From Candidatus Atabeyarchaeum deiterrae (lineage in GTDB: Archaea > Asgardarchaeota > Atabeyarchaeia > Atabeyarchaeales > Atabeyarchaeaceae), in assembly GCA_037310415.1 (NCBI GenBank), contig CP147780.1, positions 960,001-1,024,000 on the forward strand: a stretch of 64,000 nucleotides of DNA, read 5' to 3'. Under the pieces are notes generated by a model. That model was not told the origin of the DNA. It made no database searches and was given only the letters and a program-made list of their open reading frames with translations. Positions 42,826-52,634 of the stretch are shown here, piece after piece (position 1 is the stretch's first letter; each line of letters opens with the position of its first letter). A program made the position numbers and the translations under genes.

Positions 42826-43920
42826 CTAGTATTTCACCACTTTAGTTAGCTTTTCGGGTTTGTCTGGGTCAAGGCCTTTCTTGATAGCTGCGTGAAAGGC
42901 GAACAGCTGAATAGGAACGATATAGACTATTGGGGTAAATATCTCATCAACTTTGCTTTCAACATTAATGCACTCAAACGATCGTCCATCGATGTCCCTT
43001 TCTTCTCCGTAGCATGTAACTAACACCATGCGGGCACCAAGTTCCCTGATGTTAGTAATACTCCTGATCGATTCCTCTCTTCCCTCTGAATGAGGCATAA
43101 ACACTAGAATGGGTGTCCCCTCATGAACCAACTGCATAGGTCCGTGAATGAATTCTCTCGTTGCAAAGCCTTCAGCAAAGATTTCTGCAGCCTCTTTGAG
43201 CTTGAGTGCTCCCTCAAGCGCGGTGGCATAGTTCGGTCCGCTACCCAACAGGAAGATGAACTTGTTAGATTTCAGCCTCTCCGCCAACCTGGTTACTTGG
43301 GTCTCAGTTGCAGAGAGCGTGTCCTTAACCCACTGCGGAACTTCCATTATTGTTTTCTTCAATCTGGACAAGGTTCCCTCATCAGACACTCTGAGTCTCT
43401 CGGCAGATGCAATTGCTATAGTAAACATTGTCGCGAGTTGGGCCGTATAGGTTTTTGTTGCCGTCAACGCCTTCTCTTCGCCAGCATATGTGTGAACACT
43501 CAAGTGAGCGAGTCTTGTCAGCGAGCTTCCAGGAGTATTCGTTATTGCAACCACAACGGAACCATTGTCGCGAGCGACTGTTGCAGCACTTAGGACGTCT
43601 GCGCTCTCACCAGACTGAGAAACAGCGAAAACCAATGACTTCTTACCCACTGCGCGAGGAACCCAGTATTTGAACTCAGAGGAAGGTATAACTGACGTTG
43701 AAGTCTTCGTTATTCCAGCCATGGCATATTGCCCAGCAAGTCCTGCGTGATAGCTTGTCCCACTACCAGTAATATAGATCAGATCAAAGTCCTTTGTTGG
43801 GTAGAGTTCTAAGAGCCTCTCCGCCTCAGGCGTACTTTTCTGAAGCGTTCTTGCAATCGCCTCAGGCTGCTCATAAATCTCTCTAAGCATCAAGTGGGAT
43901 GAGCCATCCTTCCCGCTCAT
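42826..43920 (-). CDS. Double-SIS sugar-phosphate isomerase/deaminase (GlmS C-terminal / GlmD-like)
   Basis: MLREIYEQP, GSGTSYHA, SQSGESAD, ALEGALKLKE, HGP, DPDKPEKLTKVV; no glutaminase domain. Confidence 0.9.
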   Translation of the reverse strand: MSGKDGSSHLMLREIYEQPEAIARTLQKSTPEAERLLELYPTKDFDLIYITGSGTSYHAGLAGQYAMAGITKTSTSVIPSSEFKYWVPRAVGKKSLVFAVSQSGESADVLSAATVARDNGSVVVAITNTPGSSLTRLAHLSVHTYAGEEKALTATKTYTAQLATMFTIAIASAERLRVSDEGTLSRLKKTIMEVPQWVKDTLSATETQVTRLAERLKSNKFIFLLGSGPNYATALEGALKLKEAAEIFAEGFATREFIHGPMQLVHEGTPILVFMPHSEGREESIRSITNIRELGARMVLVTCYGEERDIDGRSFECINVESKVDEIFTPIVYIVPIQLFAFHAAIKKGLDPDKPEKLTKVVKY

Positions 43921-44056
43921 GAACTCAAATCCTGTACGATTGTGGGAATAAAGTAATTATGCAATGACTGCACATCTCATCTCTAGATAAATCAACGAAA
44001 TGACTTAATAACGGTTTACATCGGAGGAGGCAATTGCCTTCTGGCTTTTCAGATGG

Positions 44057-44209
44057 CTATTTCTTTTCCCCCTGCTTTATCCAGTTTCTTATGGCTTCCT
44101 CGATGGCTTTGGTTATGTTTCCTTTTTTCATGCCGTAGCGCTTGAAGACGGCTTCCCTAAATTTCTGTTCGAGTTCCTCTGGGAGCATCACGTAGATTCT
44201 GACGTTCAC
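44057..44209 (-). CDS. Ribbon-helix-helix protein (50 aa)
   Basis: Below the ORF-track cut-off. Manual translation MNVRIYVMLPEELEQKFREAVFKRYGMKKGNITKAIEEAIRNWIKQGEKK shows the archaeal RHH pattern. Confidence 0.85.
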   Translation of the reverse strand: MNVRIYVMLPEELEQKFREAVFKRYGMKKGNITKAIEEAIRNWIKQGEKK

Positions 44210-44260
44210 TTTTTCTCACTGCCCCTTCTGTAGGCGTATGCCTTTATATGCTTAACCGTT

Positions 44261-44306
44261 TAAGGGTAAAAGATTTATGCCCGTAAGAGTATAAGGGTAT
44301 AAGGTG
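44261..44306 (+). promoter_or_regulatory. Iterated 8-bp boxes in the divergent promoter (candidate RHH operator)
   Basis: TAAGGGTA (44261), TAAGAGTA (44284), TAAGGGTA (44292), TAAGGTG (44300). Confidence 0.45.
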
Positions 44307-45302
44307 CTGAGAATGATTGAGCCAAACCCACCAATGGACCCTATGGCTTTGAGCCAGGAGGAGAGGAGCTACCTGCTTGGGCTGTACCTGACAGACGGCC
44401 ACGCGTGCAAGGAGGGAAGAAAAGAGTCCCGAGGCAAGATCTACTATTTCTTCCAGCCGAATGAGGGGGAAATAGCAGAAAGAGTTGTCAAACTCCTTGC
44501 GCGAGCCTCCTTGAAGCCTCACGTCTACCACTATGGGAACACGATTAGGGTCGCCGCCAGCTCTAAGAACCTCGACGAGTTCTACCCTGACAAGGCGGCT
44601 CTCTCAGAAGATGCCTCAGCCAGAAGGAGATTCTTCGAGGGCAACGACTTAGTATCCAACCTGCAGAGCCGCATTGCCTTCTGCGCTGGTCTTCTCGACG
44701 GCGACGGGACATGCAAAGCCCGCTTCCACAAGGTTCCCCCCGCAAACAGGAACAAGAGACTAAGTAGGATTGGGTGCTTCCACATTCAATGGTCTTTCTA
44801 CCAAATCAAGTACCATTTTCTAGTACACTACTTCCGCGATTTTGTGGAATCCCTAGCCCCAGATTCTATAGGCTTTGCTTACCGTGAAGGTATGCTGGAA
44901 GCAACATACATCAGAAGGCGAGGGAGGGAAGCCTTGATCAAGGCAGGAATCGCGAACTGGTCTTGGAAAGTTAGAAAATGCATCGAGTCAATTCCCAAGC
45001 TGCTTGAGGAGAGGAGGAGAGTCAGGGAAAAGGAAGAGTTAGAGAGAGCGAAAGAAATCGGCGAAGTTGGGATGAAACTCAAGGATGTGGCAAAAACGCT
45101 TGGTCTGCAACGGAAACTTCTTGCGAAGTGGCACTGTCGAGGGGCGTTTTGCGCTACACTTGTTCGTGAGGGCACTGGCATAGGGTACTTGGTGATACCG
45201 TGGGAAGAAGTTAAGCGCCTCAAATTGAGAGTCGGGAGGGCGCCGCAGATGGTTAATATCAGAGCTAAACGGACGGAGTCATCAGAAGGCGGCAGGAAGT
45301 GA
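44304..45302 (+). CDS. Free-standing double-motif LAGLIDADG endonuclease-like protein with C-terminal excisionase/MerR-type HTH
   Basis: YLLGLYLTDG and FCAGLLDGDG; C-terminal MKLKDVAKTLGLQRKLLAKW...IPWEEVKRL. Confidence 0.85.
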   Translation: MLRMIEPNPPMDPMALSQEERSYLLGLYLTDGHACKEGRKESRGKIYYFFQPNEGEIAERVVKLLARASLKPHVYHYGNTIRVAASSKNLDEFYPDKAALSEDASARRRFFEGNDLVSNLQSRIAFCAGLLDGDGTCKARFHKVPPANRNKRLSRIGCFHIQWSFYQIKYHFLVHYFRDFVESLAPDSIGFAYREGMLEATYIRRRGREALIKAGIANWSWKVRKCIESIPKLLEERRRVREKEELERAKEIGEVGMKLKDVAKTLGLQRKLLAKWHCRGAFCATLVREGTGIGYLVIPWEEVKRLKLRVGRAPQMVNIRAKRTESSEGGRK

Positions 45303-45627
45303 TTTGCGTGATCAATCAGAAAAAGACAAATAGGGGCTTAGTCGAGGTGCACGTGAATGGTGGGAGCAGACTTGACATGTCCAAATGCAGGGCGATCGAT
45401 CTCAGCCGGAATCGGAGGAATAAGACTGGCTTTTCAACAGGCGTTCATGAAAGAGATCGAATTCGTGTTCTCCAGCGAGATTCATTAGTGTTCGTTTTTT
45501 AACTGTGTGATTATAGTTACGCGTCTGTCTGAAAGCGACAAGTGCCGCCTAAGCTAGGTATATTAGCATAAGTTAGCTTCAAAGGGGTGGAGATCAGTTG
45601 GCTTTCATATGGTCTTGGAGTTGATAA

Positions 45628-46374
45628 GTGATGGAGAAAGACAAACCCTTCCCTGCACCAGAAGGAGTTCCTAATTTTGACTCTGGATCTCGGTCATCTC
45701 AGCTCCTAGTGTTTGGTGCTCATCCTGATGATGAAGTTGTGGGCATGGGTGGAACTATCGCGAAGTTTGCCAGAGCTCGTCATAATGTTTTCGTGGTCAT
45801 CTTCACGAAGGGTGAGGAGGGATATGCGCACCTGAATCTCAAAGACACAATAGCCCAAGTCCGGCAGAAGGAGATCGAGAAAGTGAGTGAGATTCTTGGA
45901 GTAAAGAAATATGAACTCCTTGGTAGACCAGACATGGGGCTGAAAAATGATAAAGAGACATTCAAGGAGACTATTCGAATGATCAGGATGTTCAAACCGG
46001 ACGCCGTTTTTACCCACTACAGGGTTGACAGGCACCGCGATCACATTGCAGCCTCAAGACTCGTAACGGAAGCTTTCTGGCAAGCAGGCGAATCAGTCTC
46101 AATGGAGCTGGGGCATCCATGGAAAAGTAAGGCGCTCTACTATTACGAGGAAGTTTGCCCTTTCAAGTTTCCTTCACATATAGTAGACATAAGTGAGACG
46201 TTCGAAGCTAAGATCGAGTCGATGAAGACTTACATGTCCCAGATTCCAGTGGTTCCTTTCATACTGAAAGGAATGGAGGGCCAAGCGATGGGAAGGGGGA
46301 CGGTGATTGGGGCGAAGTATGGTGAAGCCTTCCTTAGATCGAACGTGAATCCAAGAAGGGAGCTTGAATTCTAG
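45628..46374 (+). CDS. PIG-L/LmbE-family N-deacetylase
   Basis: GAHPDDE, GGTIA, HRDH, VDISETF..K, SQ, AFLR. Confidence 0.93.
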   Translation: MMEKDKPFPAPEGVPNFDSGSRSSQLLVFGAHPDDEVVGMGGTIAKFARARHNVFVVIFTKGEEGYAHLNLKDTIAQVRQKEIEKVSEILGVKKYELLGRPDMGLKNDKETFKETIRMIRMFKPDAVFTHYRVDRHRDHIAASRLVTEAFWQAGESVSMELGHPWKSKALYYYEEVCPFKFPSHIVDISETFEAKIESMKTYMSQIPVVPFILKGMEGQAMGRGTVIGAKYGEAFLRSNVNPRRELEF

Positions 46375-46554
46375 TTAGGATGCGCCTATGGTTTCCAGTT
46401 TGAACAGACCGAGCATCACCAGCTATATGACTGATGCGCACATAGGACACGTAATAATATGCGCCTGATTTTCTTCGGGTATCTTGATTAAGTAGCTGAA
46501 GAATAGAAACTTGCCAGTAATGGATCCGCCTTTTTCGGCCCCAGAAACGCTCAT

Positions 46555-48084
46555 ATGATTGAATCTCTCAAAAAGAAACGTCTTCTCCGTTTCACTGGAA
46601 TGGAGAAGAATAGTTTGAGGAGAGTGGAGAGAGTAAAACGATACGTTTTGATAGCGATAGTCATCGCCATGTTTACACTGCTGCCTGTGAGTTCCATCGC
46701 GGTAAACGGTTCAATAGGTCATCTGGACAAGGTGCAGAAACCAGTTAGTGGAGCTTCGTTTTCAAAGAATGCAGTCGCCGCTGAGCTTAAAGGAATCAAG
46801 GTAGAAGGTCTCTGCTTGGAGATTCCTCTCTTTGGGTACAGGATTAGCCTTATAGATCGGTGAATCATCTTGACTGGGACAACAGCGCCCTAATGACTCT
46901 GCGTGGCACTGCGGCGGATTCCCTCAGTGTGCATCTGGATCTCAAATATGGAATCTTCGAATACACGAACGTCTCTGTTGCTGGCAAGGAGTACGCCGAC
47001 TCAATTGGAAACGTCGCATACGATCTGGAGGCGAAGGATGTCCTGAGTGGGTTCTTCATGGGGTTGACGGTGTTGCCTGAGGTGACCTTCGTGGACATGG
47101 CTTTCGATGGAGGTGAGAGCCAGCTCTGTTATCGGGGGGTTGCAAGCGTTGGCAGTTCCTCGGCATATGTTCAAGGTTCTGGTAGTCTTCAAAGCTTGGC
47201 GTTGAATCAGTTCTCATTCTTGCTGCCTGACTACGCTTTTGGATATGCTTCCTTGTCTTACGGGGAGCTGAGTCAAGCGATGCTAGCAGACTGTTATAAC
47301 GGCATCCATGTCAGTGTGGATCCCTCGTACCAGGCGCGGCTTGAGTCTTCCACCAGCCTTGCGAGCGTTTCTCCTAACATTGTGATCCCAGACATCGGCA
47401 GCTACGGCATCGTACACCAGTTTGCCTATTACGGCGTTCTATCGCTTCCCGCGCAATTGGCAACAAATGGTATTTATTGGGGAGGTGTCTGCGTCGACAT
47501 GGGGATTAATCGAAGTCCCGCAAGTAAAGCCGAAGTGTTAAGCGACCTCCGAGAATACAACAAATGGTACACGAGTCCACATTGGGCCTACAGGAATAAT
47601 ATGCGTGTGTACGCGATCTATGCACATAGTGATTATGACGTGAATACTGTGTGGCACTCAAAACCTTATGGCGAAACGGGTGATGAGGTGATAACTTATG
47701 GAGAGGTTGCGGGGCTCTGGTATCACTCGTATAACCCTTCAACTCACGTGGAAATCGACGTGCATCCCAGAAGTACAGTGATTCTCGCCAATGTATGCTA
47801 CGGATACAACGGGACTGATGGAATACCCCATATGGCCAAGGCATTCGTTGACTACGGTGCAGCGGCATTCGTAGGAGCTACCGTCAGCGTGCCAGGTGAT
47901 ATATGCAACGATAATTTCAGTAGGGCCTTCTGGACAAGGTTGTGTAACCATCACGGGACTGTTAACACCGCCGCTAATGACCTCATAATATTCCACAACG
48001 TCTTCTATCAGACGCCCCAGGACCTACGACGTTGACATCAAAATATACGGGAACATCAATTATACGCTTCCCCTATACCCTTGA
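46555..48084 (+). pseudogene. Frameshifted secreted protein with C-terminal caspase/gingipain (C25)-like domain
   Basis: Signal-peptide ORF 46555..46863, body 46860..48035 (YAHS, ANVCYG, AKAFVDYGAAAFVGAT, FSRAFW), and a tail YDVDIKIYGNINYTLPLYP ending at 48084 back in the first frame. Confidence 0.6.
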
Positions 48085-48292
48085 AACGGTCGAGCTATCC
48101 TCCATCCCTTTTTTCTTTTGATTTGACGATTCTACTCAAGGTGTCTCCAAGAAAAGTGGCGCAAAAAGTGTCCTTACTGAGGTTTCCCGTCTGGGGAACT
48201 TTTCGTTGTCTCTGAGGGAAGTTGATGCAGGTTAGTTCAGTGTGGATCGTCGCACTCGAATCTCCAGTCCAACCACGGTTGCATGTGCGACG

Positions 48293-49202
48293 ACAAGAAT
48301 AAATACATATGCAGTCTTTATAGATGATGATCATTCTTGAGTCAGGGTTCGCTGGGAGGGAAAACGTGTAGTGAACGGGAAACTATGTTCCATGGCAGTC
48401 TTACTTCTGGTACTCGCATCCCTCTCAGGCATACTCAATCCCTTGCTAGCAACAGTCTCGACAGAGGTCGGAGTTGAGGTAGGTGACATAGCGGACTACG
48501 TGTTCATTGAGGGGAATCTCGCTTGGCATTTCCAGCACACCCAAGTCACCAGTGTCTCCGGGGCTATCGTTTCGCTGAACGTGACAAGGTTCTACAAGAA
48601 TGGAACAGTTGATCCTTCTGGGAGCGGTGTTTTGACGGGTAACGTCTCGCGCGGTGACCTCTACTGGAATCTGATCACAGTAGGCTTGTCTGTGGGCGAT
48701 AGATGCGCTCCATCAAACTCTGGCGTTTCCTCCATAAACAAGACATTTACTGCAAGCATTGCTGGTCGGTCTAGAGTTGTCAACGAAGCATCGTTGGACC
48801 CATTTTCGTTATGGTGGGATCAAGCTACTGGGCTGATGGTCAGGATTTTCGATTCCTGGGGTGATTTTGACGTCACCTTGGTATCCACGACTGCTTTCGG
48901 TCTCGACTACTCGGCTATGTTTCTTGTGCTTGGATGCACTTTCGCAGTTATCGTTGCATCGATCGCGGTCGTGTTGGTCATCGTCAAGCGAGGCCAAGCG
49001 AGTAGGCGGATGACATCGGACAACAAGCATCAATACAGCAGGTCATCATAAGAGAAACGTAAGATGACATCTCATGAGTCTGCGCTAAGCGGAAAATCCC
49101 GATTCGCGCAAGTATCACCCGCGCATATCTAGTCTGGTTGAGTTTCGGATGTGGCATAAAACACTTTGCGGGAATTCCTGACAGTTGGCGCAGTTACAGA
49201 GT
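48293..49202 (+). repeat. Copy B of the duplicated surface-protein cassette
   Basis: Aligns by eye with the reverse complement of 24207..25125. Confidence 0.9.
48371..49051 (+). CDS. Secreted, C-terminally membrane-anchored protein (paralogue of 24358..25047)
   Basis: Signal peptide, VGVEVGDIADY, WWDQATGLMV, C-terminal TM helix. Confidence 0.85.
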   Translation: MNGKLCSMAVLLLVLASLSGILNPLLATVSTEVGVEVGDIADYVFIEGNLAWHFQHTQVTSVSGAIVSLNVTRFYKNGTVDPSGSGVLTGNVSRGDLYWNLITVGLSVGDRCAPSNSGVSSINKTFTASIAGRSRVVNEASLDPFSLWWDQATGLMVRIFDSWGDFDVTLVSTTAFGLDYSAMFLVLGCTFAVIVASIAVVLVIVKRGQASRRMTSDNKHQYSRSS

Positions 49203-50092
49203 CAGGAACACTCTTAGTTGTCAAAATACAGCCAAAGCTCTCCCCAAGAGCATGTGATCCGTAGTTATTGAAACCCTCACCATTAGTGAAGCCAGCTTTC
49301 ATCGCCACATCCTTCATCATGATCTCAATGAGGTTTGTGGCCATACCTTCCCGGTATCTTGCTTTCTGAGATTCCTTCAAGAACAATAGGGTATTGAAAT
49401 CAATAGCTATACCTCTTATTTTCAGGTCAGTTAGATACGCTTTCAATGCTTGAACCGAATCTCTGCCGAGGAAGGTTGTGTAATCGGTATTTGTCTTGGC
49501 CCGATGCAATCTTAGCGTGAGCAGTTGCCTATCTTCCGCAAGACTTCTTTCAACATCGCTATACTCAAGCTCGCAGAGAGTTGATTCATCCATCCCACTC
49601 TGAGACATCACAAGGATCATTGCTCGATCCCTCAGAGAAGCACAAAGTGTTTTACTTCCAAGTCGCTAAGTATTCTTCGAGTGTGGAGAACCTTTGGCTT
49701 TGGTAGCTTGCCTGCTCCCCTCGGCTTCAGGGAGATATCAAATGTCCCATAGAATGATCTAATAGCGTTCACATACATGATTGCAAACTTCGGACTGACG
49801 CCTTCACCAACTATCTCAAAGGTTTGAACCTACCACGAACCTTTCTTCTTGGCGCTTCATTGGTCAACCATTCATGGAATCCGAGCACTCGACGCTTAAC
49901 GATGTTCTGTCTTGTTCTCGGATCTTTCTTCTGGTCTTCTATTGCCTCATCAGCTAGCTCCGAAGGATTCTTATTGGTGAAATCTATGTATCGCCTTAAA
50001 GCACTTTGATAGCTGAGCCGCGTAGATTTCCTTAAGATACCGTCAAGCCATTTGTTGGCATCATCATACACCTCTACAAGCAACCGAAACAC
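49198..50092 (-). pseudogene. Tyrosine recombinase/integrase pseudogene
   Basis: Three frames: STRLSYQSALRRY (N domain); YVNAIRSFY (about 49640-49810); LRDRAMILVMSQSGMD..., RAKT, SHALGESF. Truncated before the LLGH and catalytic Tyr region. Confidence 0.88.
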
Positions 50093-50131
50093 CTCTAACC
50101 TAATAGAAGCGCCCGTTTAAGCCTAAACCGT

Positions 50132-50686
50132 ATGTTCATCTATATTCTAGTTCACGTTGAAAGCGATGGCAAGGGTGAGAACTCGAAGCAGGTGACTAGA
50201 TTAATGCAAGGATCCAGAGATGGTCTGTTCAAGGAGGAATATAAGACATGGCAGAGGACCAACATTGAGAACATAGTAGCTATGTTGCGGCCAATGCAAA
50301 GCCTCCATGGCGAGAATGTCATTAAACTTGCTTCGGTGGCTTATTTGTCACTGATCCGTCAAAGGTGGAAGAGAATCGGAGACGAATCTGGAAACAGGAG
50401 TATGTCAGAACTCTTCAGTAGACTCTGGGAGACATCCAAGAGCTTGTTTTCTTATGAAGTTGTCCAGAAAGATGAGAACTCGTTGTTGTTGGTCGTCAGC
50501 TCATGTTTTTGGGCAGATGAATTTAGAAGACTTGGCGCCCCAGAAATAGGCTATGAGCTTTGTTGTATGGCTGACTTTTATATTACTGAAGGATTTAACC
50601 CCTCGATTATCTATAGCAGAGACAAAACCATAATGAGAGGGGACAGTTACTGCGACCATCACTATGTGATGGCTAGGAAGCAATGA
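50132..50686 (+). CDS. L-2-amino-thiazoline-4-carboxylate hydrolase-like (V4R-like) protein
   Basis: CFWADEFRRLG..EIGYELCCMADF, RDKTIMRGDSYCDH; start probably ATG 50204. Confidence 0.85.
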   Translation: MFIYILVHVESDGKGENSKQVTRLMQGSRDGLFKEEYKTWQRTNIENIVAMLRPMQSLHGENVIKLASVAYLSLIRQRWKRIGDESGNRSMSELFSRLWETSKSLFSYEVVQKDENSLLLVVSSCFWADEFRRLGAPEIGYELCCMADFYITEGFNPSIIYSRDKTIMRGDSYCDHHYVMARKQ

Positions 50687-50824
50687 GATCATTGTAACGC
50701 TTATTACTTTGCAGGCGTTGGTATGTCACTCTGAGTGTGACAGCGATTACTATACTCAGATTATGGTGTCGCTTGACCACCTGTTCCAACTGTATCTCAA
50801 TGCCAATAACTAGGAGGTTCTTCC

Positions 50825-51796
50825 ATGCAAGAGTTAAGGTGGAATCCCGTGCTTCAAGAGTGGGTAATAGTTGCATCCCACAGGAAGGACAGACCCCTTG
50901 ACGACGAAGGCAACAAGAAATGCCCATTCTGCTCTGGACCAGAAGTCGAGGGCGACTGGGACGTCCTGAGCCTTCCAAACAGATACGCGTCTCTTTCACT
51001 AGACCCTCCCAATCCATCTTCGAAACCGCGTTCGCTGTACGCGGTCGAACCAGCATATGGTGCATGTGAAGTAATCTTGGAAACCAAGCAGCATACCGGT
51101 GACCTAGGTGACCTACCAGTCGAGAGAATAAAGAAGGTGATAGACCTCTTCGCCGAAAGATTTCGTGCTCTGGGCTCCAATCGAAAAATCAAATACGTGC
51201 TTGGGTTTAGAAACAAGGGCAAAGAAATCGGAGTCAGCCTTCATCATCCTCACTCCCAAATATATGCACTGCCATTTATCCCTCCACTAGTCCGGGCGGA
51301 GCTAGATTCAAGCAATGAATACATGAAGAAGGAAGGAGATTGCCTCTTCTGCAGAATCATAGCGGAAGAGAAGGCGGACAATCGTCGAGTGATCTGCGAG
51401 AATAACGAGGCCATATGCTTCCTTCCCTTCTATGCCAGGTGGCCATACGAGACACATATCTATCCGAAGAGACATATTCAGTGTTTGCTAGATATGAAGG
51501 AAAATGAGCGGATGGACTTCGCGGCCATACTGAAGCAGATTATCACATCTTACAACAATCTATTCGATTTCTCTTTTCCATACATAATGGTCATACACCA
51601 GCGACCAACGGATGACGACGACTACAGCTATTATCACACGCACATAGAGTTCTACCCACCTTACAGAAGTAAAGACAAGCTAAAGTTCAGAGCAGGAATC
51701 GAACAGGGAGGCGGAACTTCTACGATGGACTATGAGCCTGAGGAGAAAGCTTTGGAACTCAGAAACCTATGCAAGCGGCTATTTCAAAACAAATAG
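50825..51796 (+). CDS. galT: Galactose-1-phosphate uridylyltransferase
   Basis: RWNPVLQEWVIVASHRKDRP, CPFC, NKG..IGVSLHHPHSQ. Confidence 0.95.
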   Translation: MQELRWNPVLQEWVIVASHRKDRPLDDEGNKKCPFCSGPEVEGDWDVLSLPNRYASLSLDPPNPSSKPRSLYAVEPAYGACEVILETKQHTGDLGDLPVERIKKVIDLFAERFRALGSNRKIKYVLGFRNKGKEIGVSLHHPHSQIYALPFIPPLVRAELDSSNEYMKKEGDCLFCRIIAEEKADNRRVICENNEAICFLPFYARWPYETHIYPKRHIQCLLDMKENERMDFAAILKQIITSYNNLFDFSFPYIMVIHQRPTDDDDYSYYHTHIEFYPPYRSKDKLKFRAGIEQGGGTSTMDYEPEEKALELRNLCKRLFQNK

Positions 51797-51847
51797 TGGC
51801 ACCACCAGTCGGGAAGGATTCCGTACTACTGAATTCTATTCTCCTCG

Positions 51848-52462
51848 TCAGAACCATGGACGAGGAGGAACAGGGTAAAACAAGACATAGACTACGAATG
51901 TCACAAGGATCGCTAGAACAGTACCAGTCGAGACTTGGGAAAACGTGTGGACTTTAAGCTTCAACCTAGCCCATCCAACAGGCAAAAGTAGTAAGTATAT
52001 TAAAGCGGCAATCCACCCGAACACATATGTCAGCCCCGTAACAGGTCCAGCAATCGCCGCAGTATGAACACTAATCTTCCAAGAGAGACTGACTAGAAGA
52101 ATGGAAGACGTGACGCCTACATATGCAAGTGACAGAACCATTAGGGACGTTGCTGAGAGAAGACCAAAAGCTAAGACGCCAAGGCAATAACCAAGAATCG
52201 CCATACCAAAGAGTTTTGGACGTTTCCGTCTATCTGACACATCTATATCCACCTCTCCCTTCTGGGCATAGTACAGAACTGGAGCAACCGGAAGAATCGC
52301 CAGGAACAGAGTCCCAAACAAGATGCTGATTCCTACCCCTAAGAAAGGTCCCAGGCCTATGGGAGACAGGCAGGAGAAAATCACCACGGCTATGACAGCC
52401 ACAGTTGGCGCCGAAAGAATCAGAGATAATCTTTCCGCCAACCTTCTGCGAGAAACGCTCAT
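51848..52462 (-). CDS. PAP2-like membrane protein
   Basis: Multiple TM helices; KISVH and WARLKLKVHT motifs. Confidence 0.8.
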   Translation of the reverse strand: MSVSRRRLAERLSLILSAPTVAVIAVVIFSCLSPIGLGPFLGVGISILFGTLFLAILPVAPVLYYAQKGEVDIDVSDRRKRPKLFGMAILGYCLGVLAFGLLSATSLMVLSLAYVGVTSSILLVSLSWKISVHTAAIAGPVTGLTYVFGWIAALIYLLLLPVGWARLKLKVHTFSQVSTGTVLAILVTFVVYVLFYPVPPRPWF

Positions 52463-52634
52463 CCTGACTTACTCCACCTATATCCTTGCCCTAAGAATGT
52501 TCGACACTAATTAACTCTTTGCTTCTTAGTCGCTCGAGATAAGCCTTGAGAAATCTTTGAGAAAGTTCTTCGTGAAAAACAGATCAAGGAATTTCCACAC
52601 CCTCAACTTTATACACATCTGCGGATAACAACAA

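Larger units (their letters stand above)
44020..45436. mobile_element. Putative mini-element: RHH + LAGLIDADG-HTH flanked by bipartite direct repeats
   Basis: ATCGGAGGA-N12-CTGGCTTTTCA at 44020-44051 and ATCGGAGGA-N6-CTGGCTTTTCA at 45411-45436 enclose both genes. Confidence 0.5.

Noticed and set aside
45299-45502. 67-aa ORF overlapping the LAGLIDADG stop
   Set aside because: No recognisable motif, and it crosses the right-hand direct repeat; probably spurious.
48247-48293. 9-bp inverted repeat TCGTCGCAC/GTGCGACGA next to cassette copy B
   Set aside because: Absent beside copy A and too short to call an element end.
24207-49202. Diversity-generating retroelement (TR/VR) explanation for the duplicated surface gene
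   Set aside because: Differences are not adenine-specific, span the whole gene, and no reverse transcriptase is in the window.
49052-49202. Integron attC site in the cassette's 3' flank
   Set aside because: No RYYYAAC/GTTRRRY pair or convincing long imperfect palindrome; the integrase does not look like IntI.
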